Positions 22,547-36,463 of a stretch of DNA of 64,000 nt are shown piece by piece. The notes under the pieces were generated by a model, which saw only the letters and a program-made list of their open reading frames with translations, was not told the origin of the DNA and did not search any database. Each line of letters opens with the position of its first letter. Within the stretch, counting starts at the first letter, position 1. Position numbers and translations under genes: made by a program. Source of the DNA: Selaginella moellendorffii (Eukaryota; Plantae; Lycopodiophyta); NCBI RefSeq assembly GCF_000143415.4, contig NW_003314277.1, forward strand, positions 2,261,193-2,325,192, in the 5' to 3' direction.

Positions 22547-24254
22547 ATGGCCAGCGGCCTAGTTTTTTTCTCCTCGATCTCTCCGTGTACCGCCTCGCGT
22601 CCCATGGCGCGAGCTTCAATCGACGAGAAGACGAGGCCTCCGATGCTCTCGAAAGGCGCATTTTCTCCTCCGGATTGGGCCAAACACTTGAATCCAGCGC
22701 CGAGCAGCATCTACAGTCTCGCACAGGTATGCTCAATTCTCCATTCTTTCTTCCTACATTTTGCTCTTGCAGCTTCCATCGCCAATCCATCGCTGGGATT
22801 TGCCGAATTTGCCTGCTGATACCCAAGTTTGGATCAAGGTTGTGTGTGTGTGTGTGTTATTCTTCTTGTGTCTAAGATTTTTTTTTTTTCCATTCGATCG
22901 CAGAGAGATGATCTCACTGGAATGCAGCTGAGCGGGAACAAGGTGAGAAAGCTGGAATTTCTCCTGGCAGAAGCAAAGTTACAAGGTGCCGATTGCGTGG
23001 TAACCATCGGTGGAATCCAAAGCAACCATTGTAGAGCCACCGCTGTTGCTGCTCGCTATCTGGATCTCGACTGCTATCTCATCCTTAGAACAAGCAAGGT
23101 GTGTTCTTCTTCTTTTCTTTTCTTTTTTTCTTTTCAACCTTTCTTCTTTACTTTGGTGTAGAGTCTGGTGAATGAAGATCCTGGACTTGTTGGTAACTTA
23201 CTTGTAGAGCGACTCGTGGGAGCTCGTGTGGAGCTCGTATCGAAAGAAGAGTACACGAAGCACGGAAGTGAGGTATTGCTTCTTTTCCCAGAGTTCGATT
23301 GCGTTTTTTAATCAAGTTTCTCGCTTGTTTTGCAGGCGCTTGGAGACATGCTCGTAGAAAAACTAAGAGCCCAAGGAAGAAAGCCTTATCTCATCCCTGT
23401 TGGTGGCTCCAATTCTCTTGGAACCTGGTTAGTATCTCAGAGTTTCTTTCTTCTTTGTTTTCTGAGCTTGCTTGTAGGGGCTATATTTCCGCAGCACAGG
23501 AGATTGAGCAGCAAATAGAGGCTGGGACGTGTCCCCGTTTTGACGAGATTGTCATGGCATGCGGAAGGTTAGTTCATACTTTTCCTCTTTTCATGTAGCT
23601 GATGTAGTTGTTTATGGATTCTTTTATCGTAGTGGTGGAACTACAGCAGGACTGGCTCTAGGAAACCATCTCAGCATGATCAAGGCCAAGGTTTTGTTTT
23701 TGTTCTTTGTATCGGTATCTAAACAAGGAAGAGGTTTTGGACAGGTTCATGGTTACACAGTCTGTGACAGCCCGGACTATTTCTACGATTACATCCAGGG
23801 ACTTCTGGATGGTTTACATGCGCAAGTGGACTCTCGAGACATTGTCAGGCTGGTTGATGTAAGTTTGCTGCTTGTTGATGGAAGGATTGGAGGAGCTAAC
23901 ACTGTAAGAACTTGATCAGGCCAAAGGACTGGGATACGCACTGAGTAGTACAGGAGAGCTTGAGCTGGTGAAAGAGATCTCGGAGGCCACTGGCGTAATT
24001 CTGGATCCAGTTTATAGGTGAGGAGAGAAGTCTTCTCACCAAGTGTTCTCTAACTAGAAATCTCTTCGTTTCTTTGTGTGTTTGTCAGTGGGAAAGCATT
24101 GCATGGCATGGTGAAAGACATGGTGTGCGATGCCAAGTATTGGACAGGGAAGAAGGTGCTGTTCATTCACACTGGAGGCCTCCTTGGCATGTTTGATAAA
24201 CTCCAGCAGATCCAACCCCTCACTGGGAATTGGAGGAGAATGCAAATCATGTAA
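22547..24254 (+). CDS. DCD: D-cysteine desulfhydrase / ACC-deaminase family PLP enzyme, multi-exon
   Basis: [19 protein letters not shown] (PLP Lys), [49 protein letters not shown]. Confidence 0.93.
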
Positions 24255-25989
24255 ATCTAAATTCTTAGTCAGAGAAAGGAAATTCCTCCATTTGAAGGTC
24301 CCTTGGAATATCTTGCAACGATCAACAAATCAAAAACTCCTTCAATGCATTCTTGCAGTATTTCCCTCCCTTGACACGCAGCAGACTCCAATTCTCGTTG
24401 TCTCCCACACACATCTCACACAGACTCGAAAGAAATACGATACGCTGGAGCCGGAAGGATCTAGAAAGCGCTCATCACTGCCAATATAAGCCCAGCCCTA
24501 TGCTCTCTGAGCTTGTGTCCGTCCTACCTCGCTGAGTGCTCTCCTTTTCTCCCTGGTGGAGTGCTCTCGCTGGTTCCATATTTTTTTCCCCTGGTCTTGC
24601 TTTCTAGTGCTCGTTCCATGTCCATCTTGCTCGCCATTTCGTTTGTCTTGTTTGTTTACACTGGCGATGGCGGTGGTGTTCAAACACATGAACATCTGTG
24701 TTCAAAAACCTGAATGTCAGGTTTTTGAACAGCACTGCCATCGCCACCAACGCCACCAACGGTTTTCGACTGCCTGACCTCGTTGCATACGGAATTGTTA
24801 GACTTGCACGAGTTTTCTTTGGGAACCGGCGCTTCCCTCCACAAGGAAAATCAGGTTTTTGAACAGGTTACCATTTCCATCGCCAGTGTAAACAAGACAA
24901 ACGAAATGGCGGGCAAGACTTGTTGACACTGGCGATGGCGATGGCTAAAAAAACCTGAACATCTGTGTTCGCCATTTGGGTCTTTAAGTGCAGCTCCTCT
25001 AGTTTTCTTTGGGAAAAGGAGATCTTAAAAAATCAGCAGTGATTTTCTTTCTGTAGGGAAGATCTCCTCTTCCCAACAAAAAACAACGGTGATCAGATAG
25101 AGCATCTTGCTCTCATGATCATGATGGTTGCTACTGTTGGTGAACAGCCAAAGCAGCAGCCAAAGCGGCCAAGGCAGCGTGATATCACGCTGCCTTGGTT
25201 TCTTTGGCTCCGATGAAGCAGGATGGTCTCAAGATTCCTCTTCTCTTTTGGCTACTGAGAATGGATGTTTAAAAGGAAATCATGAGAGAAACGGGATAGA
25301 TTCTTGAAACTTCTGGTGTGCGAATTGCTCCAATGCGCGTGCAGAATAGCTTCATTCATTCCAACTATTCCTGCCGGGAGCGATTATCTAGCCAAGGGAG
25401 CGCAAACAAACTATTTATAGAGCTCTAACAAGGCCATGTTCGAAAGAAAAAGATTCATCCAATTTTGTGATTATTTTGGCACTATTTAGTGTTTAGAAAC
25501 AAGCTCTTGCAAAACCTCAATCGCAGCCAAAAGGTCTACTTTCAAAGCGAAAGGAAATCAACTGGCGCCCTTCGCCTTGACACGTGCTTAACTGATTGCA
25601 AGCGAGTGACGAGCCCTCCAAGAGTTACTGGTTTGTTTCTGGCAAACTCTCGCTCGCAAGGATTTGCCGGAGGTTTAGGTAAAGATGCATGCACCGATCC
25701 GAGGTCAGTAGCATATGTAACTAAGCAATGCCCAGTCTCTGAAAATGTGTAGCAGGAAAACTTTTCAGGGGCGAGGCCCAAACTCCAACTATATCATCAA
25801 CAAGGTAATTAAGTTTGAATTGCTGAAGAGAATTCTAAAGGCTTGTAAACTTCCCTGGCGGATTTCTTCCGAAGAGATCTAATGCTAATGGTACAGTATC
25901 CAGGACGCTTGGACCATTCATTTGTTGAAAGAAGGAAGGCTACATAGTTTGGGCTTCCGGTTTTGCAATCCCAGTTTGAGCTCGGTTAG

Positions 25990-28060
25990 CGCCATGGAAG
26001 GGAAGCCAGCCATTCGTGAGTTCGATGGAGTAGGTTTCGAAGGGTTCAGGATGCATCTTGAATCCTATCTCCTTTCCGCGGTTTGTTTGGCATTGTAGAT
26101 GGGACAGAGCCTACAATGGGACAGAGCCACTGCTAGCACTGAGTGCAAATGCTGCAGATATTCGTGATTGGACTCTTCGGGACTCCAAGGCTAGGGGCAG
26201 TATCACAATGTGTCTCTCCTCGAATGTGCTCCTTGCTGCCCATTCTTGGAATGGACGATGTCCAAAAGTAGATTTGGACATATAAATTACAAATCTCTCC
26301 AACATATAAAAGTTCATGCTATTGTTATTAGCTGAGTATTCTATTTATATTTTGTGAACTTTACATTTTAGGCAAACATCACCACTATAATTTTTCATTG
26401 AGCAAGCATTGTGTATTGCCAAAGGTCAATGTGAGTATTAGCTTCCATGGTTTGGAAAGCTTAAATTGAATCAGCAGTAGTGAGCTCATACAAATCCCTT
26501 GTGGCCCAAGTAACAACTACATATACAGAACGAAAAAGTCACTAGAGTCAATTCAGAAGACTCCCTTGGCATCTAAGACTACCATTGCACTTTCTCACAA
26601 CAAATATTAAGTTTATCAGTTTAATAGTTTAGCAGTTCATATTTTTTCATAGCAAGGTAGAGATAAAGAGGCCATGGTCCTCCCATGATCAAGTTAAAGC
26701 TGGAATTAATTAATGCCTTCCATAGGTATGGTTGTGTCATTGCCAAGTTAAACATTATGTTTGTTATTGTTCAACTGGTACCACTCAAAGACAGTCTTCT
26801 TATTGCCCATAAGAATAATACAACTAGAGTCTACTTAGTGCCACAACTGCCTTTGCATTGTGGAACTCCTCATCATGTTATGCCAAATCCATCACTCTTG
26901 AGAAAATTGGCTTGGAGATGAGGAATTAGGCTTGCAATTATATGGCCCCAAAGCCTGCTAGCTGTTGCTGCAAAAGCATACACTGATTCTTGGCAAGTCT
27001 GGGTTTGGCATACCTAGATGCCCTAGAAGTTTTCTCTTTCTGGATGAGACTTGCCTTGTTCTTTTGATCCCACTTGTGGGAGCAAACTTGGTTTTACCTC
27101 TGCCACTAGCTCCTATTCATGTTTTGCCACCAGCTCCATTAACTCCTCTGGGAAATCCTTTATAGATATCCTTGAACTAGTTAATGCTACTCTAGTCAAG
27201 GATAAGCCTCCAATGCTCATCAACGTCATGGCATGCCTAATTTGCTGCCATTATTCACCTACAGAAATGTTGGCCCTCATTGAAAGTCCAGGAAAATGCT
27301 AAAATATATGTTGTGGAGCTTGATGACTTTTGCAGCCTTGTTGATGCCAGCATCCCCATGACCTATGATGAGGCTGTCTCTGTTGTCTCTGGTAAGGCTC
27401 ACCTTGCTAGTGTGGAAGAAGTTGCTTCCATTTGGGTTAATGGCATGTGGATTCTACACCACTAGGATCAAAATAGATTTTTTCCAAAAAGTATGAGATT
27501 TAAGGCATGATTGCTTGTTCATGGCTTTTGCCAAGTTCATAGCGTCAACTACAATGAAACATTTTCCCAAGTTGCCAGCCTTCATTCTGTGTTTTGCACA
27601 TGCAGCTGCTATATGGATGTCAAGATGGCCTTCTTGAATGGGGATACCCAGAGGATATCAACATGCATATGATGTTGAGCTGTATGGCAATTGCAGAAAG
27701 CTTTGTATGGTTTGAAACAAAACTCTTGCATCTAGTATAAAAAATTTGATGCTAGAGGTCATGCAAGGAGCATGCTCATTATGGCTCTCTACATTGATGA
27801 TTTGCTCATCATGGGTGATGCTCCTGATGTCAAGGCAGCAATAGCATATGGGTGATGCTCCTGATGCCAAGGCAGAAATGGCATATAGGTGCTCTTCAGG
27901 TTTTCCTATTTTTTTCCTCAATATAATAATTGATGCACTCTTTTTGTTCAAAGCAGCTAGTTTGATGTTCAAACATATTGCCCTGGAGCTGCATATGAGA
28001 CGATGTCCTCTTCCCTATCAAGACTTCAATATGGCATCGACAGTGCTGTGGCCGTAGTTT
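25990..28060 (+). mobile_element. Degenerate Ty1/copia retrotransposon fragment
   Basis: gag-like EFDGVGFEGFRMHLESYL..IVDGTEP..DWTLRDSKARGSI; RT motifs GFCQVHSVNYNETFSQVA, MDVKMAFLNG, LQKALYGLKQ, LYIDDLLI; many stops. Confidence 0.8.
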
Positions 28061-28344
28061 ACCAATAAATTACGATCGGGAACTAATAGACACCTGAAGC
28101 ATTATTTGAGCCACCAGCATTAAATTAGTGTTATTAAATCATTGCAATGACTCAACGCAAATCCTACTATTCAGAGTCAGGGAAGCTAAGGAGCGCTTCC
28201 AGGTACTGCTGCTTCGCGAAGGAGGCTCTTGGTCCTTCTCAATCACATCGGAAAATCTCCTTCTCTTAGTAGGCCACAGATTTGCCCCATTGTGAAACGT
28301 GGATATGATTATACATTGAAGTTTTATTAGTATTTCAACGAGAT

Positions 28345-29577
28345 TGCTGGGATTTGCCGAGTTGGCACCCAAGTCTGGATCAAAGTTGTGTTTTCTTGTC
28401 TCTAAAATTTTTTCATCCGATCCTCTAAAATCTTTTCATTTCGATGAGCTCACTGGAATGCAGCTAAGCGGGAACAAGGTGAGAAAGCTGGAATTTCTCT
28501 TGGCGGAAGCAAAGGTACAAGGTGCCGATTGCGTGATAACCATCGGTGGAATCCCAAGCAACCATTGTAGAGCCACCGCTGTTGCTACTGTCTGCTCGAC
28601 TGCTATCTCATCCTTAGAACAAGCAAGCTTCTTCTTTTTTTTTTTTCAGCTTTTCTTCTCTACTTTGGTCGAAAGAAGACTACCGCTAGTGTTCGTTTTT
28701 CAGAGTTCGATAGCGTTTTTTCTCAAGTTTTCGCTTGTTTTGCAGGCCGTTGGAGACATGCTCGTAGAAAAACTAAGAGCCCAAGGAAGAACGCCTTATC
28801 TCATCCCTGTTGGTGGCTCCAATTCTCTTGGAGCCTGGTTAGTACCTCTTATCCTTCATAAGTTTTGTTCTTCGTTGTTTCTAAGCTTGCTTGCTAGGGG
28901 CTATATTTGCGCTGCACGGGAGATTGAGCAGCAAGTAGAGGCTGGGACGTGTCCCCGTTTAGACGAGATTGTCATGGCATGCGGAAGGTTAGTTCATACT
29001 TTTCCTCTTTTTATGTATGGATTCTCTTTTCGTAGCGGTGGAACTACATCAGGACTGGCATCTCAGCATGTTAAAGGCCAGGGTTTTGTTCTTGTTCTTT
29101 GTTTCGGTGTCTAAGCAATGAAGAGGTTTTGGACAGGTTCATGGTTAAAGAGTCTGTGACAGCCCGGACTATTTCTACGATTACATCCAGGGACTCGCAA
29201 GTGAACCCTCGAGACATTGTCAGGCTGGTTGATGTAAGTTTGCTGCTTATTGATGGGAAGATTGAAAGAGCTAACAAAACTTGATCAGGCCCAAGGACTG
29301 GGATACGCTACAGGAGAGTTTGAGCTGGTGAAAGAGATCTCGGAGGCCACTGGCGTAATTCTGGATCCAGTTTATAGGTGAGGAGAGAAGTCTTTCGAGT
29401 GTTCTCCAACTAAAATCTCTTTTCTTGTTTCTCAGTGGGAAAGCATTGCATGGCAGGTTAAGACATGGTGTGTGATGCCCAGTATTGGACAGGGAAGAAG
29501 GTGCTGTCTATTCACACTGGCCTCCTTGGCATGTCTGATAAACTCCAGCCCCTCACTGGGAATTGCAAATTATGTAA
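28345..29577 (+). pseudogene. 5'-truncated duplicate pseudogene of D-cysteine desulfhydrase
   Basis: Collinear with 22790-24254 including introns; frameshift after RATAVA; loss of the [15 protein letters not shown] exon; GGIQSNH changed to GGIPSNH; the 3' flank is also duplicated (to ~30480). Confidence 0.9.
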
Positions 29578-30556
29578 ATTGAAATTCTTAATGAAACTCC
29601 CGTCCATTTGAAGGATATCTCGCAACGATCACCAATTCAAAAACTCCTTGAATGGCGGCCTGGTTTCTTGTCACTCCATTTTCCATTAATTCCCTCCCTT
29701 GACACGCAGCAGACTCCTATTCTCGTCAACTCCCACACACATCTCACACAGACTCGAAAGGAATATGACACGCTGGAGCCATGGAAGGATCTAGAAAGCG
29801 CAAAATTCTTCTTCATCGCTACTCATATAAGCCGAGGCCCCAGCCCCTTGCTCTCCCAGCGCTCTCAGTGCTCTCGCTGGTTTCCTTTTCTCCCTGTTTT
29901 CGCTTTCTCCCTAGTGCTCTCTGCTTTCCTTTTTTTCCCTGGTCTTGCTTTCCATTGCTTTAAGTTGGGACTGAATCTTGCTCGCCCTGGCAATGGCGGT
30001 GGTGTGAACATCTTTCGTGTGTCTGTCGTGCGGGTGGCAGGACAGATGTTCAGGCTTTTGAATACCACGCCATTGCCACCACTGTCATCACCAACATGTG
30101 ATGAGTTTTCTTTGAGAAGAGGAGATCTTCCCTGCACAAACAGATCTCCTCTTCCCAAACTCTGGTCCAGCTGGTGACGGAGCAGAGCTCTACAAAAGGT
30201 ACGAACAAAAAACAAGAGCTTCTTGCATGCTGCCTTTGCCGCTTTGGCTCCTGCGAGCAGCCGGAGGATGTGCATATGGGGAATTTCTGAAGCAAAGTGG
30301 CAGCAAGAAACCTCCATGAGAGACTCTCATGGAGGTATTTTGCTGCCTCTTTGCTTCAGGAATTCTCTCCTTTGGCTACTGGTAATCGGTTCCGATTGTT
30401 TCATGTTGGAATAGAACTCCCTAGATTCCTCTTCTCCTCTTGGCTAGATAATCGCTCGCGGCAGGAATAGCTCTTTCCCCTTGGAACGAATGAAGCTATA
30501 TTGAAACTTTGGCGCGCGCATTGGAGCAATTCGCGCACCAGAAGTTTCAAGAACCG

Positions 30557-31860
30557 TTAGAAACCTTCCTGATTCTCTTGTAAACAACATTCCATTCTCT
30601 TCTTCCCGTCTTTAGCAAGCAACAAGCAAGCGAAAACAATCAAATCATCTCCAGCTCCAAGCAAAATTCTCCATGTCCCTGGCAGGGCCACGATCACTGC
30701 GTTTCGATCTTCGAAAGAACAAGATTCATCCAGGTGATTTTTCACATCAGTCACTTCATATGGCGGGATCCGGTAAAGGCCTCGATCATTGCTCACACCT
30801 GGGACGAGCATCGCGGTCATCGCTATTTGTGGTAAACGCTAAAGATCTAAGAGTTCATGATCATTCTGCTGGTGATGGATCAGATGCGCAGCTCGGCAAT
30901 CTCTTCCTTGATAAATCAAAGCTTTGCACCTCAGGATCGACAAAGGCGCCTTCGAAAAAGCCTTGCAGCAGCTGTCCCGGCTCCCGGAGAATTGGAGATG
31001 GTGGTTAAGCGTGGGATCATAGCATCTCTACGTTATCCATGGCAGCCGCGCGCAGCGTCCTGATGATCATCACATTGGCCTCCCAAACGCGAGGAAGACG
31101 TGGAGCGGCCAAAGATTCAAACAAGATACCGGATATGGGCATATGCAAAACGCACTGCATTCCATGGGAGGCTATCTTGCTTTAGGATCCTTTCAAGAAC
31201 CTCTTTTAATGTATTGATTTTGCCATGCATTGCATACATTTACGTTTAGAATGCAATGCTGCGCCGTGGCATCTATAGAAACAGTTCCTGGTATCGCTCT
31301 AGATTCCCTTTCATGGAGCATCTTGCAAATCTAGCGGCGGCATGGAGACTTGATCGCAGTTCTCTATGCTAAATCAGCCCAGAGATCGCTGAAAGTTGAT
31401 CTGAGCTAAAAAAACGTATTCTCTCTTCAATTCTGGTGGCCTGGAGCAAAGGAATGAGCTTTGGTTCTCACTCTGTTTCTCTTGCTCTCACCCCTTTCCC
31501 AAGTAGTCCTCACCCTTTTGCTACCAATGCTTGCATATTCTTGGTATGCTTCTGGGACTGATTGTTTGTTTGTGTAACAGGAGCCAATGTAGGCAAGAAG
31601 CTCTTGAATCCCTAGATGTCGAGGAGGGTGCTCCTGTCAGGAGCTCGTCGACGAAAGAAGGGAAGACTGGTGATGGCATGCGCACTCCCCAACCCAATAT
31701 CAGAGTCGTGAGAGGAAATAGGATCTTTTGCCATGACAGAAAAATGTTTGAAAGCAGCTCGGGTGACTCGGGCAACAAGCAAACAGTGCAGAATGCAAAA
31801 AGATTTTTTGGTAGCCTCTCCTGTTTTTCAGCCAAAACAGCAGTCGCCCAAGAGAGCATG
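30557..31860 (-). pseudogene. Possible decayed ankyrin-repeat-like gene
   Basis: Fragments SLHAAARF, TLRAAAMDNVEML and SCLHWLLL among stops and frameshifts. Confidence 0.3.
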
Positions 31861-33099
31861 AAGGAGATACTCTTTGGTTGAAATAAAATTCCTGGTCTCC
31901 TCTTCTTGATAATCTAACAATTGGAATGAATGAAACCTTGAAAGTTATAATTAAAAATAATATTTTATTTTATTTTTGCTAATAACAACACTTAGAATAA
32001 GAGATTCTTAAAAACTTATATTACTAATAAATAAAGAATTTATAACCAACCAAAAAATTCTATAGTGGTACAATAGATAATAAAACTTTTAAATTATTCT
32101 GTTAGTAAAAATAATCTAGTAAAACACAGTTTATTATCCAGTAATTTTCTGGATGAAAATAAAATTGAATATTTTATAAATAATTTTATATAATATATTT
32201 TAAAATTTAATATTTAGTATTTTTAAATTGAAGTAAAAAATTAACTAATATACACTTTTTATATAATAAAAGTTTTATATAACAATTAAATCTTAAATCT
32301 ATGCTATTTTTTATTTTTAATAAATTACAGTAACTATATACTCTTGAAATAACATAAAAAATTTATAGGTTTAAGGCTGGTAATGAATATGGGTTCTAAA
32401 AATTTAAATTTACATACTTTAAAGAATCTCAAAAGATAATATATAAATTTTAAAATAAATAAATATCCATTTAAATTTATATGAATTACATAGATGTGCT
32501 CACACTTTTAAGACTTATATCTCAAACACCAAAAAAAAAAAAAAAAACAAATCCTTCAATTTTGATTTGTTAATTTTATTATTGCCTTTTGCTGCATTTA
32601 AATGATTTTTATTAAGAAACAAATAGAAATATTATACCAGGTAAGGCATTTAAAATTTGTAAAATGAGTTGAAACTTTATACAATGGCTGCTATTGAGCT
32701 TTTGGCACCTCTACATCTATGGCTTTTCCATCGAAGCTGATCAAGAATTTGTCAAGGATGAGGACAGTGAGGTTAGCCATGAGTTCCCAGGCGACTTGTT
32801 CCAGCTTCAAGACGCGACTGGACACATGCTAAAGCGGAAGTTTGCAGAGGACGATTCCATGGACAGTGTCATGTGGCGAGGAGGCTACCATGGCAGTGAG
32901 TATGCAATGGTGAATCTCCAGAACGAGCTTGGAAGTCTTCTCTATGTCGTGGCTGAGACCTCTCATTCATGGTCGTATGCTCAACTTGTGCCGGAGGGAT
33001 TGTGCAAGTGGTGAATGGCAAGATCGACCCAGAATTCGCAAGTCTTAACGGGCTGTGGCTCGCTTGTTAACTTGATCCAACTGTTGGCAGCCGTCAAAT

Positions 33100-33212
33100 T
33101 GAATCAGGTTCTCTGCAAGAATGTGGCTAACAACTACCAGGTTCTCCAAAACCTAGCTGCCAGCTGCCAGGTTCTAGAGAACCAGGCTACCAGCTGCCAA
33201 TTCTAGAGAACC
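33100..33212. repeat. Imperfect ~30-bp tandem repeat (3-4 units)
   Basis: CAGGTTCT.....AACC.GCT.CCAGCTGC units recurring. Confidence 0.6.
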
Positions 33213-34028
33213 CTCTCATCCTCGAATAACATTATTCCACATGTCCGTTAACAGTCTCGCCACAGCCCGTTAAGGCTGTTCCCGGGCACAACCTCGCTCG
33301 TTCCCTCCAGAACGCGCTCGCCGGGCTAACACCCGGCTCACCCGTTCTGGGCGGGAACGTGCTCGCCCTACCCGGGAACTGCCTCATCCTCCATACTGAG
33401 TCCCCAAGGACATCGTTCCAGCTTCCAACGACTGGGAGCTATGGGTTTAGTCACGTTCTCTTTGACGGGCTTTTGCGATTGACACTCCTCATACAAGCTC
33501 TGGGCTTGTCTTGGAAGATCTTCCTATAGAACATGGTGCCAGTTGAGAGAGTCGCGAGTGAAACTCTTGTGACCCGACTCTTGGTGACGAGCGAACGCTA
33601 CCATCAGAATCTGAGAACAAGGATCAAGCTCAATGACGAGACGATGAATCGCTGAATAGTGAGATACTCCTCCACGTCCGTGTTGGTACTCCCACTGCCG
33701 GTTGTTACCGGAGGAGAGGCAGCCATTCAGCCGCTCGATCTCTCGAAAGGATGGCAGTGTGAACATCTCGCGAAAGGATGGTAGTGACGCCTTCTTCCTC
33801 TTTGACGATGGTCACGAGCGAGTGGGAAGCTGGCTCTGAAAACGTCCTCGTGGTGATTGCCGCGAGTGATCTCTGCTGCCATCGCGCACAACGTTGTGTG
33901 GACAACCTTGATGAGAATGAGTCCAACCGGTATATTCTATCTCCGGTAAAAGACAGAATATTCAATGGGTTTTGTGTACGGTAAGATACTAAACCCTCGG
34001 CCGTACATTAGGTTTATTTTCAAAGCCG

Positions 34029-36463
34029 ATGGCGGGCGAGGAGGTATCAGCGGTGAGCCCTTCCCACGGCGATTCGAGCGATGGGAGAATGGCGCCTCAA
34101 GCTCAGGATCGAGCGGGGAGCTCGTCGGAAGCGGCGGCGGAGGGAGATAAGCCCTGGCATTCTTACGACACGGTGTTCTTGAATGCCAAAGCAGGTCTGG
34201 ATTTGTGGTTATTTTCCACATTCTTCCTATGTTTGTGTGTGTGCGTGAGTCAGGAATGAGTGGAGTGGACAAGGAAAAAGTCCAGAAGGTTGTTTACGAG
34301 ATGAGCAAAGGATCCCGGTATTTCGAGAACGAGCAGCGCAAAGAAGCAATTCTCCAGCAGAGGATCGAGAAATTCAGAGAACAGGCTGCAAAAATCAGCA
34401 CGACTAAGCTCGCAGAGACGAAAGCGGTGAGATTTCTTTGTTTTCATTTTTTTTTCTTTTCCTTTCTCTTCCAGCTCTAACAGAGATGTATAGGCGGTTG
34501 ATAGAGGAATTCTCGAGCTAGAGGCGAGCCGAAATCTCGACAAAACTTGGATGCATGTTGATATGGATGCGTTTTACGCCGCCGTCGAGACAGTGGAGGA
34601 TGTTTCCTTGTCTTGCAAGCCTATGGCTGTTGGAGGCATGTCGATGATTTGCACTGCAAACTATGAGGTATGCCGTTTGTTGCACGAAGAATTTCAGTGC
34701 TCACTTCTCCACCGCAGGCTCGGAAGTTTGGAGTGCGTGCTGCAATGCCTGGTTTCATAGCCTGCAAGCTGTGTCCGGACTTGGTATTGATAAAGCCAAA
34801 CTTTGAAAAATACACGCATTACAGTGAACTCACACGTCAAGGTACTACCATATTCCGCTTTTCTTTTGGAGGCTTAGTAAACCTTTCTGTTCCAGTCTTT
34901 CGCTTATATGACAAAAATTTTATTGCAAGGAGCCTGGACGAAGCGTATCTTGATATTACAGAGTTTTGTAGAACGGAAAGCATTGCTCCGGCAGAGGTAG
35001 TCTGGACGCAGTATTATGTGGTTTATCTCATGTGGTTTACAGGTAGCTGAACGGCTTCGGAAAGACGTTTTTGAGAAAACTAAGCTTACTTGCAGTGCTG
35101 GTGTTGCAGCCAACCGTCTCCTAGCGAAGGTGCTTTCATTCCTAATGCTTCTGACCATCTTTGCTTTTTGCTTTTATGTAGGTGTGTTCTGACATTAATA
35201 AACCAAATGGCCAATTTGTGCTTGAAAGTGATCGCGAAAAGATTATGGAATTTGTGTCGAAGCTGCCTATTCGGAAGGTTTTGAGTTCCTGATTCCAATT
35301 TTTTGTTTTAAAACCTGATATTTTTGTTTTCAAGGTTTCTGGTATTGGAAAGGTTACGGAGAGACTGTTGAAAGACGTTCTTTCTATCAATATGTGCTCT
35401 GATTTGATAGAAAATAGATATTTGATTTCGGCTTTGTTTTCAACAATTTCCACAGGTATCGTATGTCTCATTCGACGATGGTGACATTATTTCAGGTTTT
35501 TGCAGATTTTTTCTTATCAGTTGGCCTGGGTATTGGTGCCTCCGAGGCTCCTCACGAAGAGCAAAGAAAAAGCATAAGCAATGAAAGAACGTTTTCACCG
35601 ACAAGTGACGCGAACATTCTTGGCAAAATCTTAGGTTCGTTTTGCACAATTGAGTGTAAAATTTGTGATAACTTTCGCATATCAGGTGACCTCGCTGAAA
35701 GTTTGTCCGAGGACATGATCAAGGAAAATTTGCAAGGCCGGACATTAACGCTAAAACTTAAGACGAGCACATTTGAGGTGCGTTCTAGTCATAGAGTTTT
35801 GTATAATAGCAAATGTTTTCTCTGGCAGGTACGTAGTCGGGCCGTATCAGTTCAGCATTTTATTAGTTCTAAGAAAGAAATCGAATCACTTGCTATAAAA
35901 CTACTTAAAGCGGAACTTCCTATTTCATTGCGCTTGCTGGGTAAGTACTTTATCTTACCTTCCTCCATTGCTAACTCAAACACCGCAGGAGTGAGAGTTT
36001 CCCAGTTCAAAGAAGACGATCCTTCCCAGAAGAGTATTGCAAGCTTTCTGAAAGACATCTCTGATGCCGCTGTCAAGGATGACGACTTGGAACACGATTA
36101 CGATGAACAGACACCATATTTATCAGACACTGACCGCGATACAAGTTGTAAACATACGGCAGACCAGTGGACGCAAGATGATCGATGTTCCTTGTGTGGC
36201 GAGAGAATATCTTCCGAGTATCCAACCCTCAGACAAGAGCACGAGGACTTTCACTTTGCTTTAAAGATCCAACAACAGGACTCTGTTAACCAGCTTGAGG
36301 TTTCGAAAAGAAGCATTGGCAAGAGGTATGTCGATAACTTTTATTTTGATTGCAAACTGATGTGGTCCACATTCTCAGACCAATAACTCAAAGCAGCGAT
36401 CGTGGTACGAAGAAGTCCGCAAAGAATAGAAACTCCATCGAATCATACTTCGCAAAGAACTAG
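34029..36463 (+). CDS. POLK: DNA polymerase kappa (Y-family, DinB), multi-exon
   Basis: [90 protein letters not shown]; [15 protein letters not shown]; PIP-like NSIESYF. Confidence 0.95.

Noticed and set aside
31930-32690. Extremely AT-rich tract as a special element
   Set aside because: No termini, repeats or coding motifs found; likely intergenic or decayed TE.
32694-33960. Short ORFs upstream of POLK as genes
   Set aside because: No consistent exon chain or domain could be supported.
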